Part shown: positions 25,263 to 39,239 of the stretch, in pieces
Layout: each line of letters opens with the position of its first letter
Position numbering within the stretch: the first letter of the stretch is position 1
Origin: Catajapyx aquilonaris
Taxonomy: Eukaryota
NCBI GenBank assembly: GCA_000934665.2
Contig: KZ538001.1
Coordinates: 1 to 64,000, forward strand
Direction: 5' to 3'
Length of the DNA stretch: 64,000 bases
Program-made: the position numbers and the translations under genes
The notes under the pieces: generated by a model
Told to the model about the DNA's origin: nothing
Seen by the model: the letters and a program-made list of their open reading frames with translations, nothing else
Database searches by the model: none

Positions 25263-26934
25263 GTATTGAAGAAAATTATAAGGAAATGGTGCGGTCAGGT
25301 GAAATGATTACACGAAATTTGCTGAGATATATACTTGGTATAATGGCGGATAGAGTGGCGGGAATAATGGGTGTAGCCCACCCACCTTAGCCCGGGAGTA
25401 AAAGATGGGCGGTGTGTAATTAGGGAAAAAGGAAGGAAGTAATCAGACGGGTCTTCTATAGCCCCCTGCTTTTCAGTTCAGCGAAACACTTAGGTGTCCG
25501 GCAGACAATGCATTTCGTGGTCAAGAATAAGCGCGGGGTTTCCTCCCATCGCATTGTTTCTAACGAAATAGATGCCAATTGCCCTTAAATGCGACTGCAA
25601 ACCTTGTTATTACAATTTCTGGATTTCAAATGGGAATTTATTTGCATACGCATTGTGTATGCTTATCTTTTTTTTCTGCGCGTTTTCAGCGTAATTCTGG
25701 ATGGCTGTAGACTGTAGTAGAAAGGATTCTTTTGTGCTATGCTCCGCTGTAAGAATTATTCAGTGCCTTTTCGCGCACCTTAACAAAAATCAATAGTTTC
25801 TCCAAAACCGATCCCGATGCCAAGGGAAGTACTTGACTTGAAGTGCTCTTTGGGCGTGATATTGTCTTTGGTGCATGAGTCGTATTGAATTTCCAGCCAC
25901 TTGTTTGGCCTCTGAGAAGGAAGATGGCCATTTCAGGTAATTGCAACTAAGGGATATCTATGGCAAGCGGAAATTGCCAAGAAAGGATCATTATCTACGA
26001 GGATGAAGCATTTCATCCGCAATTACCATTTGAATTAACCCTGGTTTTCGAAAAGTCGCCAGGACACTGCAGACCTCATTTTACATTGTTACTCCTAGTA
26101 ATTTGTAAGCCCATTTTATTCAATTTTTTCCGTCTTGTACTGGGCCATTTAATATTCAGTATGATAGAACTTTTGTGGGTTACGCCCTTTTCCAACCAAG
26201 CACCTCTGATGTGGCTTCATTAAATAATAATTGCGCCTAACTTATTTGGTAGACGGACAAAAAAAAAACTGAGTACGTGAATAGGTACTGTACAGTCCAG
26301 GACGCCAATCAAGATGCTTGCTTTATTAACCTTTTGGGAAAAATTTTGATCGTGGTGAGCCTGAAATTCGAGGAATTTGCCGACGTCAAGGTGAAATGGG
26401 CACTAATAAGGGCACATGGCTTTGATAGCGTCGTTCCACGGAAGCTTGTCGACGTCGGGGAAATCATGGAGGTGGTTGATGGTGTCTGGATTTGCTTGGG
26501 GAATTACTGCTGCTCTGCGTTTACGCGCCGCTTGACTGGAGAGTTGCAATTTACAGTATTTCTTCCCTGGCCCCACCCCGCCTTACCCCACCCTCCCCGC
26601 TTTTCCTGCCGTGGGTGTATTCCTAATTAACATGGCCACATCTCACCCTCAACTTTTATCTCGGGCCAGGCTCGTGCCTAAACGCAATCACGCTGCTACA
26701 CAACTGTTACGTGATGCCAACACAAGTGGAGATATGAATTGTAAGCAATTTTTGATGATTAATACCGACCATTATAATTTGTAAAGCGGAATGTCATCGA
26801 GGTGTGACTGCATGTAAGTTGTGCAATATCAGATCGCGTACATGTTTTGCGAATCTTTCACGCTGGACGAACCGCAACCGCAAACAAACCGCAAAGCATG
26901 AAGGACGGTTGGATATAGAGCCATTTTCTTGTAG

Positions 26935-27500
26935 ATGGTGCAACCAGAGATCAGTGACCAAAAATGGTTTTTTATTATTATTTTACCGTGTCCAGAGGCA
27001 CCATACACAATCATGATTAGCAAGTGGCACTGCCCTCCAGGCCCTGACTGGCTCAGGATGCTGTTCTTTCGCCTTCAAGATGGTATCTGGACCCAAGATG
27101 ATTTCCGGAAGCCATTCCGCGGGTCCTTATCATTTTGCCTTCCGGATACGCGTTTCCAAGTACTCATTACGGGCCATCCTCTTGTGCCCAGTGACTTGGT
27201 TTCTTGGATCTTATCACGCCTATTGATTTCAGTTAGCGAAACAAGAAGGCATTTAAAAACCGGACTCCCGGCCCGGAGATGGCCATCATCCTGTGGACTA
27301 CTGGAGGTTTGACAATGGCTGTTTAACACAATGTTGCCAACTACACGTAATTTGCAATATTTGGGCCCAAAACACCGACCATCACCCACATGGACAGGGA
27401 TGAACGTGTGTGTGTGTGTGTGTGGATGCCCATTATGTGTCGAATTCATTCATTTGGGGACATGGCTAACACTAGAGGGGCTCAAGAGTCGCAAACGGCA
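26935..27500 (+). mobile_element. Decayed Penelope-like GIY-YIG fragment with possible hammerhead remnant
   Basis: ORF 26935-27312 reads IILPCPEAPY..RMLFFRLQD..DFRK..LITGHPL..ILSRLLISVSE. Downstream is CTAGAGG-GGCTC-AA-GAGTC-GCAAAC at 27472-27496. Confidence 0.45.
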
Positions 27501-29069
27501 ACGGGTAACGGGGAGAGAATATTATAGCCCTCTCCTTGATGGAGGTGAGCCGTGCAATTACATCATCACTCTAGATAAGAGCCCAATTATTTCCTTGGAT
27601 TTACTGCAGGAATTTTATTGCTCGTTGCCTTATCGGGTATGATTCAGTGAGCTCTGGCGCGGGTCCGAAATTAAGAGATTCCATTTCGAGCCATGTTTAT
27701 ACGCGGTGGTCAAGGAAGATCCACCGACATAGGGATGCAAACGACGCTTGTCGCTGTACCTATAAAAAGTGGACCGGGACTGGAATTAGCAGGGCTTCCG
27801 CTTATCACACGAAGAATATATTAGCCAGGGTGTCATCAGTACTTGCGCAAAAAGAGGGGAAGAAAATGTTCTTTTTTTTGGTTGGTGATTGATCAACCAA
27901 CTGTTTCCGGTACAGAGGATCGTTTTTAAGGAGAGGGCCATTGCGCTGTTTCCCTTTCATCTCATACAGGGGGGGCCATTTTGTTTTCTTCCGTGGGCTC
28001 GTTTATTTTCGGTGGGAATATCCGGCCAAGAGACGGCACCGAATACTTTTCTGATCTCTAGAGTACGGAAAAAAGACAACGTCTCGTTCAGAAGCTGAGG
28101 CGTCTGCCTGGAGCCACTTCATACAACGCGTCATGTTGTTTTTTTTCCTTATCTTTGCTACCACTTTTCATTTTCCTCTTGCTTTTTTCCTTGGTAATAT
28201 TGACACTCTGTGTGGCAGAGAAGCTTCAAAAGTCCGTATGTGCAAAGGGGCCAGTGATCTCAACCCACACTCAGTCAGGGTGGCCATGCCAAATAAAGTT
28301 AGCTCCTCCCGTTATGGATACCACTTGGGGAGGCCACCTCACCGTATTAGCAACAACTATACCGGGACTACCATAAAGAGATAAGGTGGGAAGAGGGGTT
28401 TAAAAAACAAACATGGTGTCTGTTGGCGATATGCATTCTGTGACGCCTATAGAAACCTAAACCCCCGTACTGCAAGGTTGTGGGACGAGGGGTAGGGTTT
28501 CAAGATGGAAGGCCAGAGGGAAACATAATCCTAGCTTGACGCCCATGGATGGATACACACTTCAGGCTGGGTTGGCTCGGACCAAGAACACGGATATGAT
28601 AGCTGGTTTCATGTTTGTTTTCGTAGAGGCTGTACCAATCAAGACTGGTACTTGTGGCAGGGGGTATAATGGGCAGAAAAGTTGTCCCCATGGCGTTCCT
28701 CCTCTTGTGGGGCTTAATGGCCTGGGTTGCTGGCCCTGGCCATATTTCCTTGAGCGATCAATGCAGCAGTAGCAATTTGGGCGAGTAGGAAAGAGGCTGC
28801 AAGTGGCCATAGGTCGACTCGTGTTGCATGGGGAAACTGGCCGGAGTTGGTTCATCCTTCAGCCAAGGTATATGGGAGGTGGTATAGGAAGAGGGGTCGT
28901 CCGCATGGAAAAGAGCCCAGCTGTTTGACTTTCAAATAGGCGCCGTTTTCCATTTCCAAGGGAAAGAGTGCAGGTTGGGAGATTGATCCTGGCCAGGTCA
29001 ATCGGCACTTTCTTCACGGCCGAGAAGACCTGTGGGGAGGAAGAAAAACCGTCTCTGACTTGTCCCATT

Positions 29070-29365
29070 CCGGACAGTCCGGCATGTCCGCATACTGATC
29101 GATCCCCGACCTGATGAATCTCGCCAGATTTGTGTAGGCCTACCTGTGGTAGAAGGCGGAAGCATCCACACATTGTACCCAAATCGATCGCGATCGCGAA
29201 TAGATGATTGTCAGATGCAAAAGAAATCGCTGGTGCACGCTTCGTGATGCAAAAGTGACGCATTGCTATACCCAGTTTCCAAGGATGTTTGTTGGTGTCT
29301 TGGACCCAGGCTGCTAGGGAAATCCATGGAAGCTGTCGAAATGGAAAACACGATTTGACGCGTTT
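29070..29365 (+). mobile_element. Highly decayed Tc1/mariner transposase C-terminus
   Basis: The + frame SAY*SIPDLMNLARFV*AYL...MIVRCK...TLRDA...FPRM followed by RNGKH resembles WPxxSPDLNPxxxVWxYL...NGGH. Confidence 0.35.
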
Positions 29366-30063
29366 TCCATGCTGCCGCAAGTTAGGAGGCATGTCAAGGT
29401 TTGAAGCATGCTCCGCTGCCATTGACAAGTGCAGCCAACATGTCTCTATGACTGGGATGGATGCTAATACCCCCCGCGGCGGAAAATCGCTGTCAAAGCC
29501 AAAGCTGTACCGCGATTGTGCCGCAGTTTGTACAAGGACAAGCGAGGGGGTAAAAGGGGAGGGAGGGAACAACTATAGCCGTGTGATTTTGTCATGCACC
29601 CAAAACTACGGATATCGTTGAAATACTCATTCAACGGGCTTTGAATTTCCAGCCCGAAAAAAACCTGTCCGCTACACTGATAAATGATGAAAATGCCCTT
29701 GAAAACTTTCTTGGGAAAATCCGAAATCAAACGTACCTTTAGGTGCTAATTTGAGAGGTCCATACATAATCGTTTGGTGGTGAGCCTGCGGATCATAGTT
29801 CGAGTGTAATGCTGCTCTTGTGGCCTGTGGCAAAAGGCTGGAATGCAGACCGGGAAAGAGAGTCCACCCCAGTGAAATAGCAGGACCTGCAAATGGGGTT
29901 ATTTTAACTTGAATGGACACCAATACTGTAGACCCGGGCTTCCGTTCGTGTTGAGTGGCCACTGGAGTGAAAAAGTTCCCAGCCCGAGCGTTTGTTTCCT
30001 GTGGTTGCCTGCACGCAATGCGTCGCAATTTGCCCTCTAGCTGCAGAATCAAGCGAAGGAAGC

Positions 30064-30158
30064 GAATTCGCGACATTTAAGCGTGAGCGAGAATAATTCT
30101 CGCACACGCTTAAATGTCGCGAATTCAGCTCTATACAGCTCTCGAGCGAGCTGTATAG
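30064..30158. repeat. 31-bp inverted repeat (1 mismatch) plus adjacent 11-bp hairpin
   Basis: Arms 30064-30094 and 30096-30126; CTATACAGCTC/GAGCTGTATAG at 30131-30158. Confidence 0.95.
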
Positions 30159-30199
30159 GGGTATAGGGCTGATTTGAAGAAACCTTCACCATTTTCTCC

Positions 30200-30420
30200 A
30201 AACTTTGCTTATATTTGGTGAAAATATATATCTCTGGTCTAAGCTGGTGCTTGTTCGTCTTTCCGAGCCTGCTTCTTGCATGGAAGAGTCTGAGAGACAG
30301 CCTCGGAGAATGGTGGTAGGGCGGGCTTGATATTATTGTTCCCGCTTGGCCGGGCAGGGGAACCAGAGAGCTTTGATGTTGTGGGCACCTAGAGGGCATT
30401 CTGGGAGTGAGTGGCCCCAA
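30200..30420 (-). mobile_element. Decayed Penelope-like GIY-YIG C-terminal fragment
   Basis: TPRMPSRCPQH...HHSPRLSLRLFH..GKTNKHQLRPEIYIFTKYK. Confidence 0.4.
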
Positions 30421-33216
30421 CGGGGAGTCAAGATGACGGGGAGGGAAGAATATAATCGATTCTCATAACGATAGCTTTCTCCGAGGTTTGGCATTTAGAG
30501 GGAAATTACTTTGTAGCGTGCTGGCTGCCGTTTGAGCCGCTGTCGATATTGCTTCTTCGGAATTTCTGAGAGCTGCTGGAGGATTGCAACACGAAGAGCT
30601 TCTTCAGCAGTTTAGTACAAGCCCGACTGGACACGCATGCATATAGACGGGGGGGAAATAATATGAGTGTTAACCCGGCTGCTCGATCGAGCAAACCTGA
30701 CGAATTACCATGAATTGATTGATTGAATTCGCAATAGAACAAGTAGAATTAGTGTCGGCTGTAATGCGGGGCCGTGTTCAAGTCGAAATAACCGTGTCCA
30801 ATATTATAACCGTACTTGTTTCGGAGCCGGTGCGAGCCGCTGCACACATGTTGATGCGACTGGTATCAAGAGGTGTGTAATATTCCCGGTGTGATTGATG
30901 AGGAAGCCGGTGTAGCTCAGGGGCTCAAGTAAGCCGGGGTCACGAGCAGGTTTTTGGAGGGAATGGCGACTGACCAGCAGTTAGAGGATGATGGGTAGGA
31001 GCAAGGTGAGTCTGAGTGCGGTAACCCCACCCCACCCCAATGATGATGCCTGCCTAACCGGCGCCACTTCCATCTGGCACTATCGACAAGAGGCTAACAA
31101 AGATTTGCCCTTTGCAAATGCTTTTTTCATGTAGGGCCTATCTTTTTGGCAGGTTTGTTCATAGAGTGATGGTCCAGCATAAAAGCATGGACTGAAATTG
31201 ACAGGAGGGTTTTGTCCACAGAGTATGCCAGAAAAGAAGGGCTCTAATGTTAGTGTGTGACAACAACACTGACGCGGCTGAACACCACGATACGGCTTTG
31301 ATTCGGCAGAGTTGACCTGGGAAAAGAGGTTGGTAGTTGCCTCCGGGGCTCAGCCTGGGCTGGGTTCAGATGAGAGGATGTGGTCCGGGGTTGCCGAGTG
31401 GTGGTGGTGGTGGGGCCAGTTTTTTAGCTTCTTTTTCCCTCTGGCTTCTGGTGGGCCAGGCCAGCTGCGAAGCGGCCCAAGGTTTCGGCCAGAAGACAGG
31501 TGCTTCTGGGACTGCTCTCCTTGAAAATGGTCACAAAACTCTGGGCGCGTTGCAGTCGCTGTCTTGGAATCTGATATGCTGTTAGTGCAGCGCGGTGCCA
31601 GGACACAGGCCTATTTTCAAAGACTGCTGGTGGGAATGGGTGGGTGGAGGAGTGGGAAGGAAGGAGGGAGGGAGTCAGTGGCCGACCACCGGATGTTGGC
31701 GCAGGAAGCCAACTGCTTTCTTACACTGCTGGCCCCTCAAGACGTCCACGCACGCAGCTGCTGTCCAGATAGCTATCCATTTTCCATTGCACCCCCTGCC
31801 CCCACCTACTCTTGTCTAATTATCTGTATGGAGTTTGTGTAAGAGTTCTTGCGATACACTGCCAGCTCAAGGCTGTTTGCTTATACACCTGCTTTCAAGG
31901 TGGAGGGGAAAAAAAATCTTGTGATGCAAAGGGTGCCAGACGGCCAGTGTAACATTTGTGCAATGGGTGGGCAAAAAGTGGCAGGTGTATATCTGGTCAC
32001 AAGGAAGCGGATTACATTGTAGGATTTGTCTTGGCGATAAAGGAAATGAGCCCTCTTGAATGTTTAAATATTACCATGCTCCAGAGGTCATCTGTTCCCT
32101 AACGGCCTACTGAATGGAAGCATGTAGGGCGCAACACTCCAATTGTTGGCAGATAATATTGTATATTGCGATTGTGTGGTGGGCGGATGCATTTTGACAA
32201 TGTCCTATAACTGTGAAATGGTACGGGAGGCCAGGACCTTCAACAAGTGACAGGGCACTCCCATGTTGTTACTGCCGATAGGCTGATGATAGAAGCCTGA
32301 AATTTTAAAGACGGGAGGGTTGGATCTATGTATCCCTATGGAAAGTTTCATACAGCCCACAGTTGACACCGTTCAGGCGTGACTAAAATTCTTCAACACC
32401 ACTCGTGCAGCGTAAATATCAAAGGCGATATTACATATCTCCTTTGACAATTTAGTAGTGTTGGGACAACTACATACAAACCGACAGTGACATGTGAATA
32501 TAGCGTGCCATGACATGAAAAGGGGGATTTTGAATGAAACATTTGTCTCGCACCAATTTACAGCTTTTACAGTGCAATAGGAATGGGAAGCGATGATTAA
32601 ATTGTCTTCTGGCATGATTTATTTAGTCTACCCTAGTTTTGAGATTTCCTAACTACATTATGATTAGTTCTATCCTTTCTATACATGTAAGTGGCCGCGT
32701 ATTTTCACAGTCCTGGCACGGCACCAGAGAATGTGATATTGAAAAACGAGCAGTGCATAAAATTTACAGCAGTGTTTTAAATGATGAAACTGTATTTGTG
32801 GTACATTGTTAGGTGCAGATATTGATGACTTTTTCACGGGCCTGACAGGCGCGCTGTATTTGCATTCTTAATGAGGCTAATGCTCCTGTATATAGATGCA
32901 TGCATGATTTTTTTAAAACAAGGATTGGGCTGAGTTGGATATGCAGCTATTTGTGCACGGAACAAGAATAATCCGAGGCGCAATTTTGACCATAATCTCG
33001 TGCATTCAGCTTCCATGCTCAGATTCTGCGTCTGGATACAGTGCAATTAAACAGTACCTGTAACGTTCGCAGCGAGTTTGAAAATGAAGTAGTGCTCAGA
33101 AATAAGAATATTATGGAAGTCTTTCAGATGAGATGGGGCCCAAGAAGTCACCCATCAATATAGATACATCGATCTCTGATGCTGTAGCGAACTGGCTGGT
33201 TATATCATAAAGAAAG

Positions 33217-33275
33217 GATGTGGTGGCTTAGTAGTTGGGTCCTTGAAGGGAGCAGGTTCGATCCCAGGTGGAGCC
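33217..33275 (+). mobile_element. Degenerate tRNA-derived SINE head
   Basis: A box TGGCTTAGTAG and B box GGTTCGATCCC with a shortened spacer. Confidence 0.5.
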
Positions 33276-33504
33276 ACTCTAGACCACTTATGTTACACTG
33301 GCAAATATGGGTATGGTGTGACAAAAGGGGAGAATGTTGATGGCAGCAAAATGGCGACAGCTCAGTGCAGATAAAGTTAGGTCGGAAATGGAGGAGGGGA
33401 AGGGGCTGAAGGAGTTTTCTTACTTGTTAGTGCAGAGAGCGGGAATGAGAGAAGAAAAGTAGTTAAAATCGCACATCGGGCGGTCTGGGCCAAAGTCGTA
33501 ACAT

Positions 33505-34200
33505 TTTGGACGCGTTTCATCGCCTTTGGCGGAAGCCTCAGGATCACAAATGGCCGGGAATTACCTCTCAGCTAAATTTTCCAAACCCCTTTTGGCTGGG
33601 ACAGCCCCGAGGATCATGAGGCTAAATGGCCGGAGATGAAACGGATTGTGAAGGATAATTTGTTAGGCACAGCAAACTGTTGCTAATTAGGCCCGAGTAG
33701 GGGCCCAAAACCCCTGGCTGGCATCTTGGAAGGTCGTTAGTGAGGCGGACCAAATTGCAGGTCAGGATGGAAGATGGCAGAAAAGGAAGCTGAACCATTC
33801 GCAAGATTACAAATTGACCAGGCAACTATGATCCTTACACGTGTGGGCTGTACTTGAGATTTTGGTGGTGAAAATTTATGGTGGTTTCAAAACTGAACGA
33901 TAATCAGGTCCGGGCTGCTGCACACCCCGTAAAAATCAATTTTTACGAAGCTGTACTATGCTGATCTAGCACTTTTCTTTAACGTCACCATATTAATAGA
34001 AAATTGGGTCGAAGGTGCTGACAGGCCTACTTGAGCAACGTTGTTGGTGTCAGGCGTTGGACAAAGAGGGTGGGTGCTGTACTGAAGGTTGGTGACCGAA
34101 CCAGAGGGCACCTTGTGGTCGCGAGTAATGTACGACAACATGGTTCTGGGGGAGTAATGTCCTCCCGCCCTCACTTGCACGGACCCTGCATGGCACAAAG
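33505..34200 (-). mobile_element. Decayed Penelope-like GIY-YIG fragment ending in a hammerhead-like remnant
   Basis: QNHVVVHYSRPQGALWFGH..SLSNA*HQQR, then CTGAGGC-(CGCC AAA GGCG stem)-GAAACGCGTC at 33541-33509. Confidence 0.45.
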
Positions 34201-35749
34201 AACATTTTCGTTTCACGTTAGCCTTTTTGGTTGGAAACGGAAACGCCCTAACATCATTTCTAGTCGCGTGAAAAATAGCCTGCAGCTAGTGGCTAGCAGT
34301 CAAAAAGTAGCAGCACCAACCCACCGAATGTGGCGATCCGTAAATATAATATAGTGATGGTCCCAACATCCGTACCCTGATCGAAGCATGTTTGTCATGG
34401 CCGCTTCCTGCGCTCTAGGGAATAGTTCATCCACCTGTTATGCCGGAGAGATTGGCTCAGCCCAGTAATATGTGATGCATCTGGTAATGGATCTGCTGAT
34501 ATCATTATCCGATAGCGTGAACAGCGGGGCCAATAGGCAAACCGAATCACGCTACAAGAGACTGCATAGAAATACAATCCAATGAAGGGAATGATGTCAA
34601 AGTACCCTCATTGCTCTCTGGCGCATGCTCCGGTGTCAAAATGGATTATTCTTTAAATGCCTGGGAGCTGAAGTAATGTCGCCCAATATAATGTTGCGGC
34701 CAAAGTCTCCTCCGCCTTCCATCTTGGAGGAGAGTATACACACATACCGTGTAATTGAAAATTCCTTTCTCCTTCTTCCTTCATAGTGTGCTGGTAATTT
34801 TCCGGGAGAATCCGGCTATTCCTCTCGACGCTCCCCACATCTGCGCATGGAGATGCTGAAATCAGCGTTTTCGTAATAAGCGTGAATTATGCCAATGCCA
34901 TTTCGGCGGATTTTCCCTAAAACGTGAGATGAAGATATTTTCTCCCCCCCACCCACCCCAAGCTATAGTAGTCCGGGAGCACCTCTTTCAAGTTATGACG
35001 AGAACAGCGGGTGTAGGGCTAGCAACCAATCAATGGAATCTCCATTAGTGGGTCGGTGTGTGTAGGTCCGCTCTGCTTTTGGTTCCGAAAGAGATGGAGA
35101 GGGACATGTTCCTGACATGTCGGTCTCGCTCTACCGCCCTGGGAGGGTCTCCCTTCTGGCACCTGTTCACTCCCTTCCCACTCCCAACTTTGAGGAGCTA
35201 CCTAGCTAAGTTTCCGCTCAGCCGCCTTTCCCACAGACCTCCTCTTGTATGAGTAGTACCACACATGCATCCCCCTTCGTTACGAGGTGCATGCACGGCG
35301 TCATTAGTATTCTGACCATCGTTCCACTCCTCGGGCTCACCCATCCACTTTCGGACTTTCTCACACCAAAACATCGATAGGAGGGTTTCTCAACCTGGGT
35401 TCCGGACTACCCAAAGGTGATTAATACGTAAGTTATGGAAAGCTTCTGGTGTTTGTACGCAAAAGTCTGGAACCGCGTCCTTGTATCGGTCATCTCGGTA
35501 AAAAGAAATATTGCGGAGGTACATGGTACATTAACGAACTGGCGTAATGAGTTGTCTGTAATATTCCGGGCAAGATGACTATAGCGTTTGCGTTAGTCGG
35601 AGTCGCTATAGCGCTGTCTCTTTGACCACACTCGTAGCGTGCAGATTGGTTCCCTGGGGGCAATTGCCGACCAGAATGTGCTTTCGCTGCCCAAGGCGTT
35701 CGTGCCATGTGCCAAAGCAGTAATTTGGGTGAATGAGGCATATAATATA

Positions 35750-36300
35750 CAGGGTGATTCTGAAGACGGTTTTCAAAATTTGGGCGACGGTGCACACTTC
35801 TCACTCTTAAGACGCAGCACCCAACTGCAGGGTTTCGATTGGGGACTCGCCCTTAATCCAGCTTTTTCATCTGCAAAACTTTCCATTTTCCTCACGCCAA
35901 CTATACTTCGCATGCAAACGCACAACGCGGCTGATGAAGTCTCCTTTACTGCTTCGTTTGCTTTGGGAACTTAATAAAAATGTTAATTAGATTCCCTAGG
36001 ACTTGCATACCCTCCCTGCTTCCTCACCAAGGAGCCAAAATCCATCACACCTTCAATTAGAGCGGTTTTCAAATTTTCTTTCATTTTTTTGCAATTGAGA
36101 TAAGCCCCTTTCCTCTTTGCACTTTTTTGGCCAAACTGCTCCATAAATTTGGATCATCTCCATTCCCCTTTAACCAGAACTGTAAAAAGCAAGTGTGGTG
36201 AGCTTTGCACTCTTGGAAGGATCCATACCTGCAATAGGCCTACCTGGTGGAAAAGCAGTGATTGCCAGTCAATTTAGGGAAGCCTTAATAAGCGGTTCAG
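35750..36300 (-). mobile_element. Tc1/mariner remnant: one CAGGGTG TIR plus a decayed transposase C-terminus
   Basis: TA|CAGGGTGATTCTGAAGACGG at 35750; the - strand reads GAVWPKK...ENLKTALIEG. No partner TIR was found. Confidence 0.4.
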
Positions 36301-36459
36301 CTGGCTCAATGGCGGGGGGGAATCTGCAATAAATAGGCGGACAGCAACAAAGTCCCGGGAGAACTACCTCCCGGCTAGGTTCGTTAATGGCTGAACCTAG
36401 TAGGGTAATTAATGCCAAGCGCCGGCGGTTAGTATAGGCACAAGAAGACCAATATTGAC

Positions 36460-36720
36460 AAACACCCGCATCTTCATTCCTTTTGCCTCACGGGAAATGA
36501 ATTTGGTATTTCTCCACCTAGCGTCTTGGGGCTCACTCTTGGTGTACAAGTGACAACTGACAATACAGGAGCGGTTTGGCTTGGGGCTGTACCAACTATT
36601 GCAATTTTTAAAACATTCTTACCTTTCACGTACATTTTATACTCTTACTGTAGCCTGGATGATGAATTTACATTCGGTAGGTTTTTGATTAAGCATTATG
36701 GTGAAATTGAATTAAATTGT
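36460..36720 (+). mobile_element. Decayed Penelope-like RT core
   Basis: LHSFCLTGNEF, GAVWLGAVPTIAIF and SYCSLDDEF occur in the expected motif order. Confidence 0.35.
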
Positions 36721-37023
36721 ATACAGTATAGGGCTTTTGCATATTTAGGCTAAGTCAGGGATTTAATGCAGAAATTCCATTGCTCAGCTTTAAAGCGGTT
36801 CATATTCCCACACGCAGCAGGATTTTTTTTTTAAATGTGTGCATAGATCTGTACTTGAGTAGGAAATCGCTTGTGCCACAAAGCGAGTTGGTCAGTTCCT
36901 GTCACAATTGTACAACACACCGCAATATCTATACCCTTACACTATACGTCGCAAATTTTTTAAAACTCGAAACTCCCGCTGAGTCCTGAAAAATAACGAA
37001 AGTGTATAACTGCTGGAGTTTAA

Positions 37024-38049
37024 GGTGGAAATGAAGCTAGAGTCACTCAATGAGAATTTTATGAAAAAAACATATGTTACGCAGTTTTGTGTCCTCTTAT
37101 CAATGGCGCAAAGAAAAATACACGTCACCGTGCAAATTAGCGAACTGGAGGGCTCAGAAGTTCGCGATTTAACATGGGCCCTTATGGCAGAATTTTCAAT
37201 AGTCCACAAAAAATCATAAGTAAATGAGAATTTTAAAATTAAATGTGGAATATGTCGGGACTTATATACTGATCGCAACCGCAAAAAGAAAACCCTACCT
37301 CACCGTGCTCTTTCAATTTGTATTGCGGAAAAACGATCCGAAAATGATCCAGTGACGTCACCTTGCTCCACTCGAGTGAGGCAGTGGCAACACTGCGTTG
37401 TTTACCGTAGCGAGATACGGTTGCAAATGACCGCGAAATATGAGTGCAAGTTAGTATGATGGTTTTTACAACGGCTCACACAGGATTTTCGTTTGGCGGG
37501 GGTGTTTGTCAGACGTCAGAACCGTTATATTAGTTTATATAGTTATAATTATAATACAATAATCGAATGATTCGAATCCACACGGCAATGCCGTCACATA
37601 CTGCTACGCGATAATTGGCCCGGACCTTTGCTGTGTTGCCGATTCTACCTGTCACACGCGTACCAACTGAACGTGTTCCAAATCCGACACAAATGAAGAG
37701 CTACAGGCTCCCCTTTCGGAACTAAACTTTTAAAAATGCCTCGACAAATTGGGACCTCGTACTGACGACCGAATAAAATCGATTTCCATCAAAAATAACA
37801 AATATTAAGCACACCTCCAAATACCATGTTTAAGTTGGCAGCCGTGACAATTGCGCCTGCGCACAAAAACTTGCCGCCGGTAATGGGCCCATATTAAATC
37901 GAGTTTAAAACGCAGATTCGAATGGAATGCATAGGATTGAACAGCATTTACTGCTGCATCGGTTGCGTATGTTTCCCTGATTTTAGCCCTTCTTATTAAC
38001 ATTCCAATTCTAGACTCTCATTTGATTAGCAAGTCGCTTCATTTCCACC
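37024..38049. mobile_element. Non-autonomous Kolobok-type DNA transposon (TTAA TSD)
   Basis: TTAA|GGTGGAAATGAAGC...GCTTCATTTCCACC|TTAA, a 14-bp perfect TIR. Inner IR CGATTTAACATGGGCCC (37165-37181) / GGGCCCATATTAAATCG (37885-37901). GG termini favour Kolobok over piggyBac (CC). Confidence 0.8.
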
Positions 38050-39239
38050 TTAATATAATACACATTTGCAGTGTAATGTTAATAATGATTTTAAAGGCGT
38101 TATATGCAAATGGTTAGATATGTCAGGGGAGAGTAACTCTACCTCTATACATGTTCGTCGCATTCATTTTTGAAGGCATATGTAAAATATGTTTAGCCAG
38201 CAGTCCCAATACCACAAGTTTTTGTGTCAACGTCATTAGTGACATTTGAAAGTTGTTCCCCTACTCTTTGTCAGGCTAAGCTTACTTAGTTTTCTTCGTT
38301 TTTGTACTCTCGTTAGCGGACTTCCATGTGGCATAGGGAAGTTAGTGACAGACAAAAAAAGGGGGCTTTACCCACCCCCATAGCTGCAGCTAAACAGTTT
38401 TTGATGGAGCAAAGGCCAGTTGCAACCATGGCGGAAACCGACGTTAACATTAGAAAGGAAAACCGAGACCGCGGGCTTGCTGCAAGAGACCAAAGGGGCG
38501 CTCGCGTAGGGGTTGGTCCCCACAAAACGTGGGGATCTAGCCTTACCCCCTCTAAATGAAAGTTGCGCTGCACAACTCATTCCGTGGTTAGCTCAAATCT
38601 CCTGACCACATTTCCCCGTGATGACAGGATTAAAGTGAAAATTGAAAAATCCACGCCCATTTCCCCCCTAGCGAGCTGGACTAGGGGAGGAGGCAATTGG
38701 CAGCGAGATTTAGGCTACTGGTCAGAGCTGAGATTCTTGAGACGGCACGGCAGGAGCCCCCATTACTTATTGATGTTACAACACTTGGGGCGCCGGATGG
38801 CGTGACAGTTTGTCACGCTGCTGCAGGTCACTACTCCGGGTCTTATTTGCAAAAGGATGCGGTGGAAAACGAGCAGTGGATCGTCCGATCGGTTCCACCG
38901 GGCCGGATCGGATCGACGGATCCGGGTCAAGCTCATGATTGTGGAAACCCTGCTTTAGAGCAACAAACATATCGTGACAGCGAAAGTAGTCGGCGTGGCA
39001 TCAGATAAATTATATTGTTCCCGTACGCTGTGCATGACATTGCTGAACCTCCCTGTAGGAATTGGTGGGCTGGGGATTAGGTTTGCGTTGCATAATATTG
39101 CGGTATGCTACTTGACGTGTTATTTAAGTCCGTTAGCCCAGGTTTAGGCAAAAAAAAATGCGATGATATAATTCGACACTTTTTAGCTTGATCATTAGGG
39201 CAAAATCTATGCACCACGCTACAGTGTTGGGGTTCATGC

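Noticed and set aside
28859..29572. Longest ORF (237 aa, - strand) as a gene
   Set aside because: No recognisable domain or splice context; the opposite strand looks like a decayed Tc1/mariner transposase.
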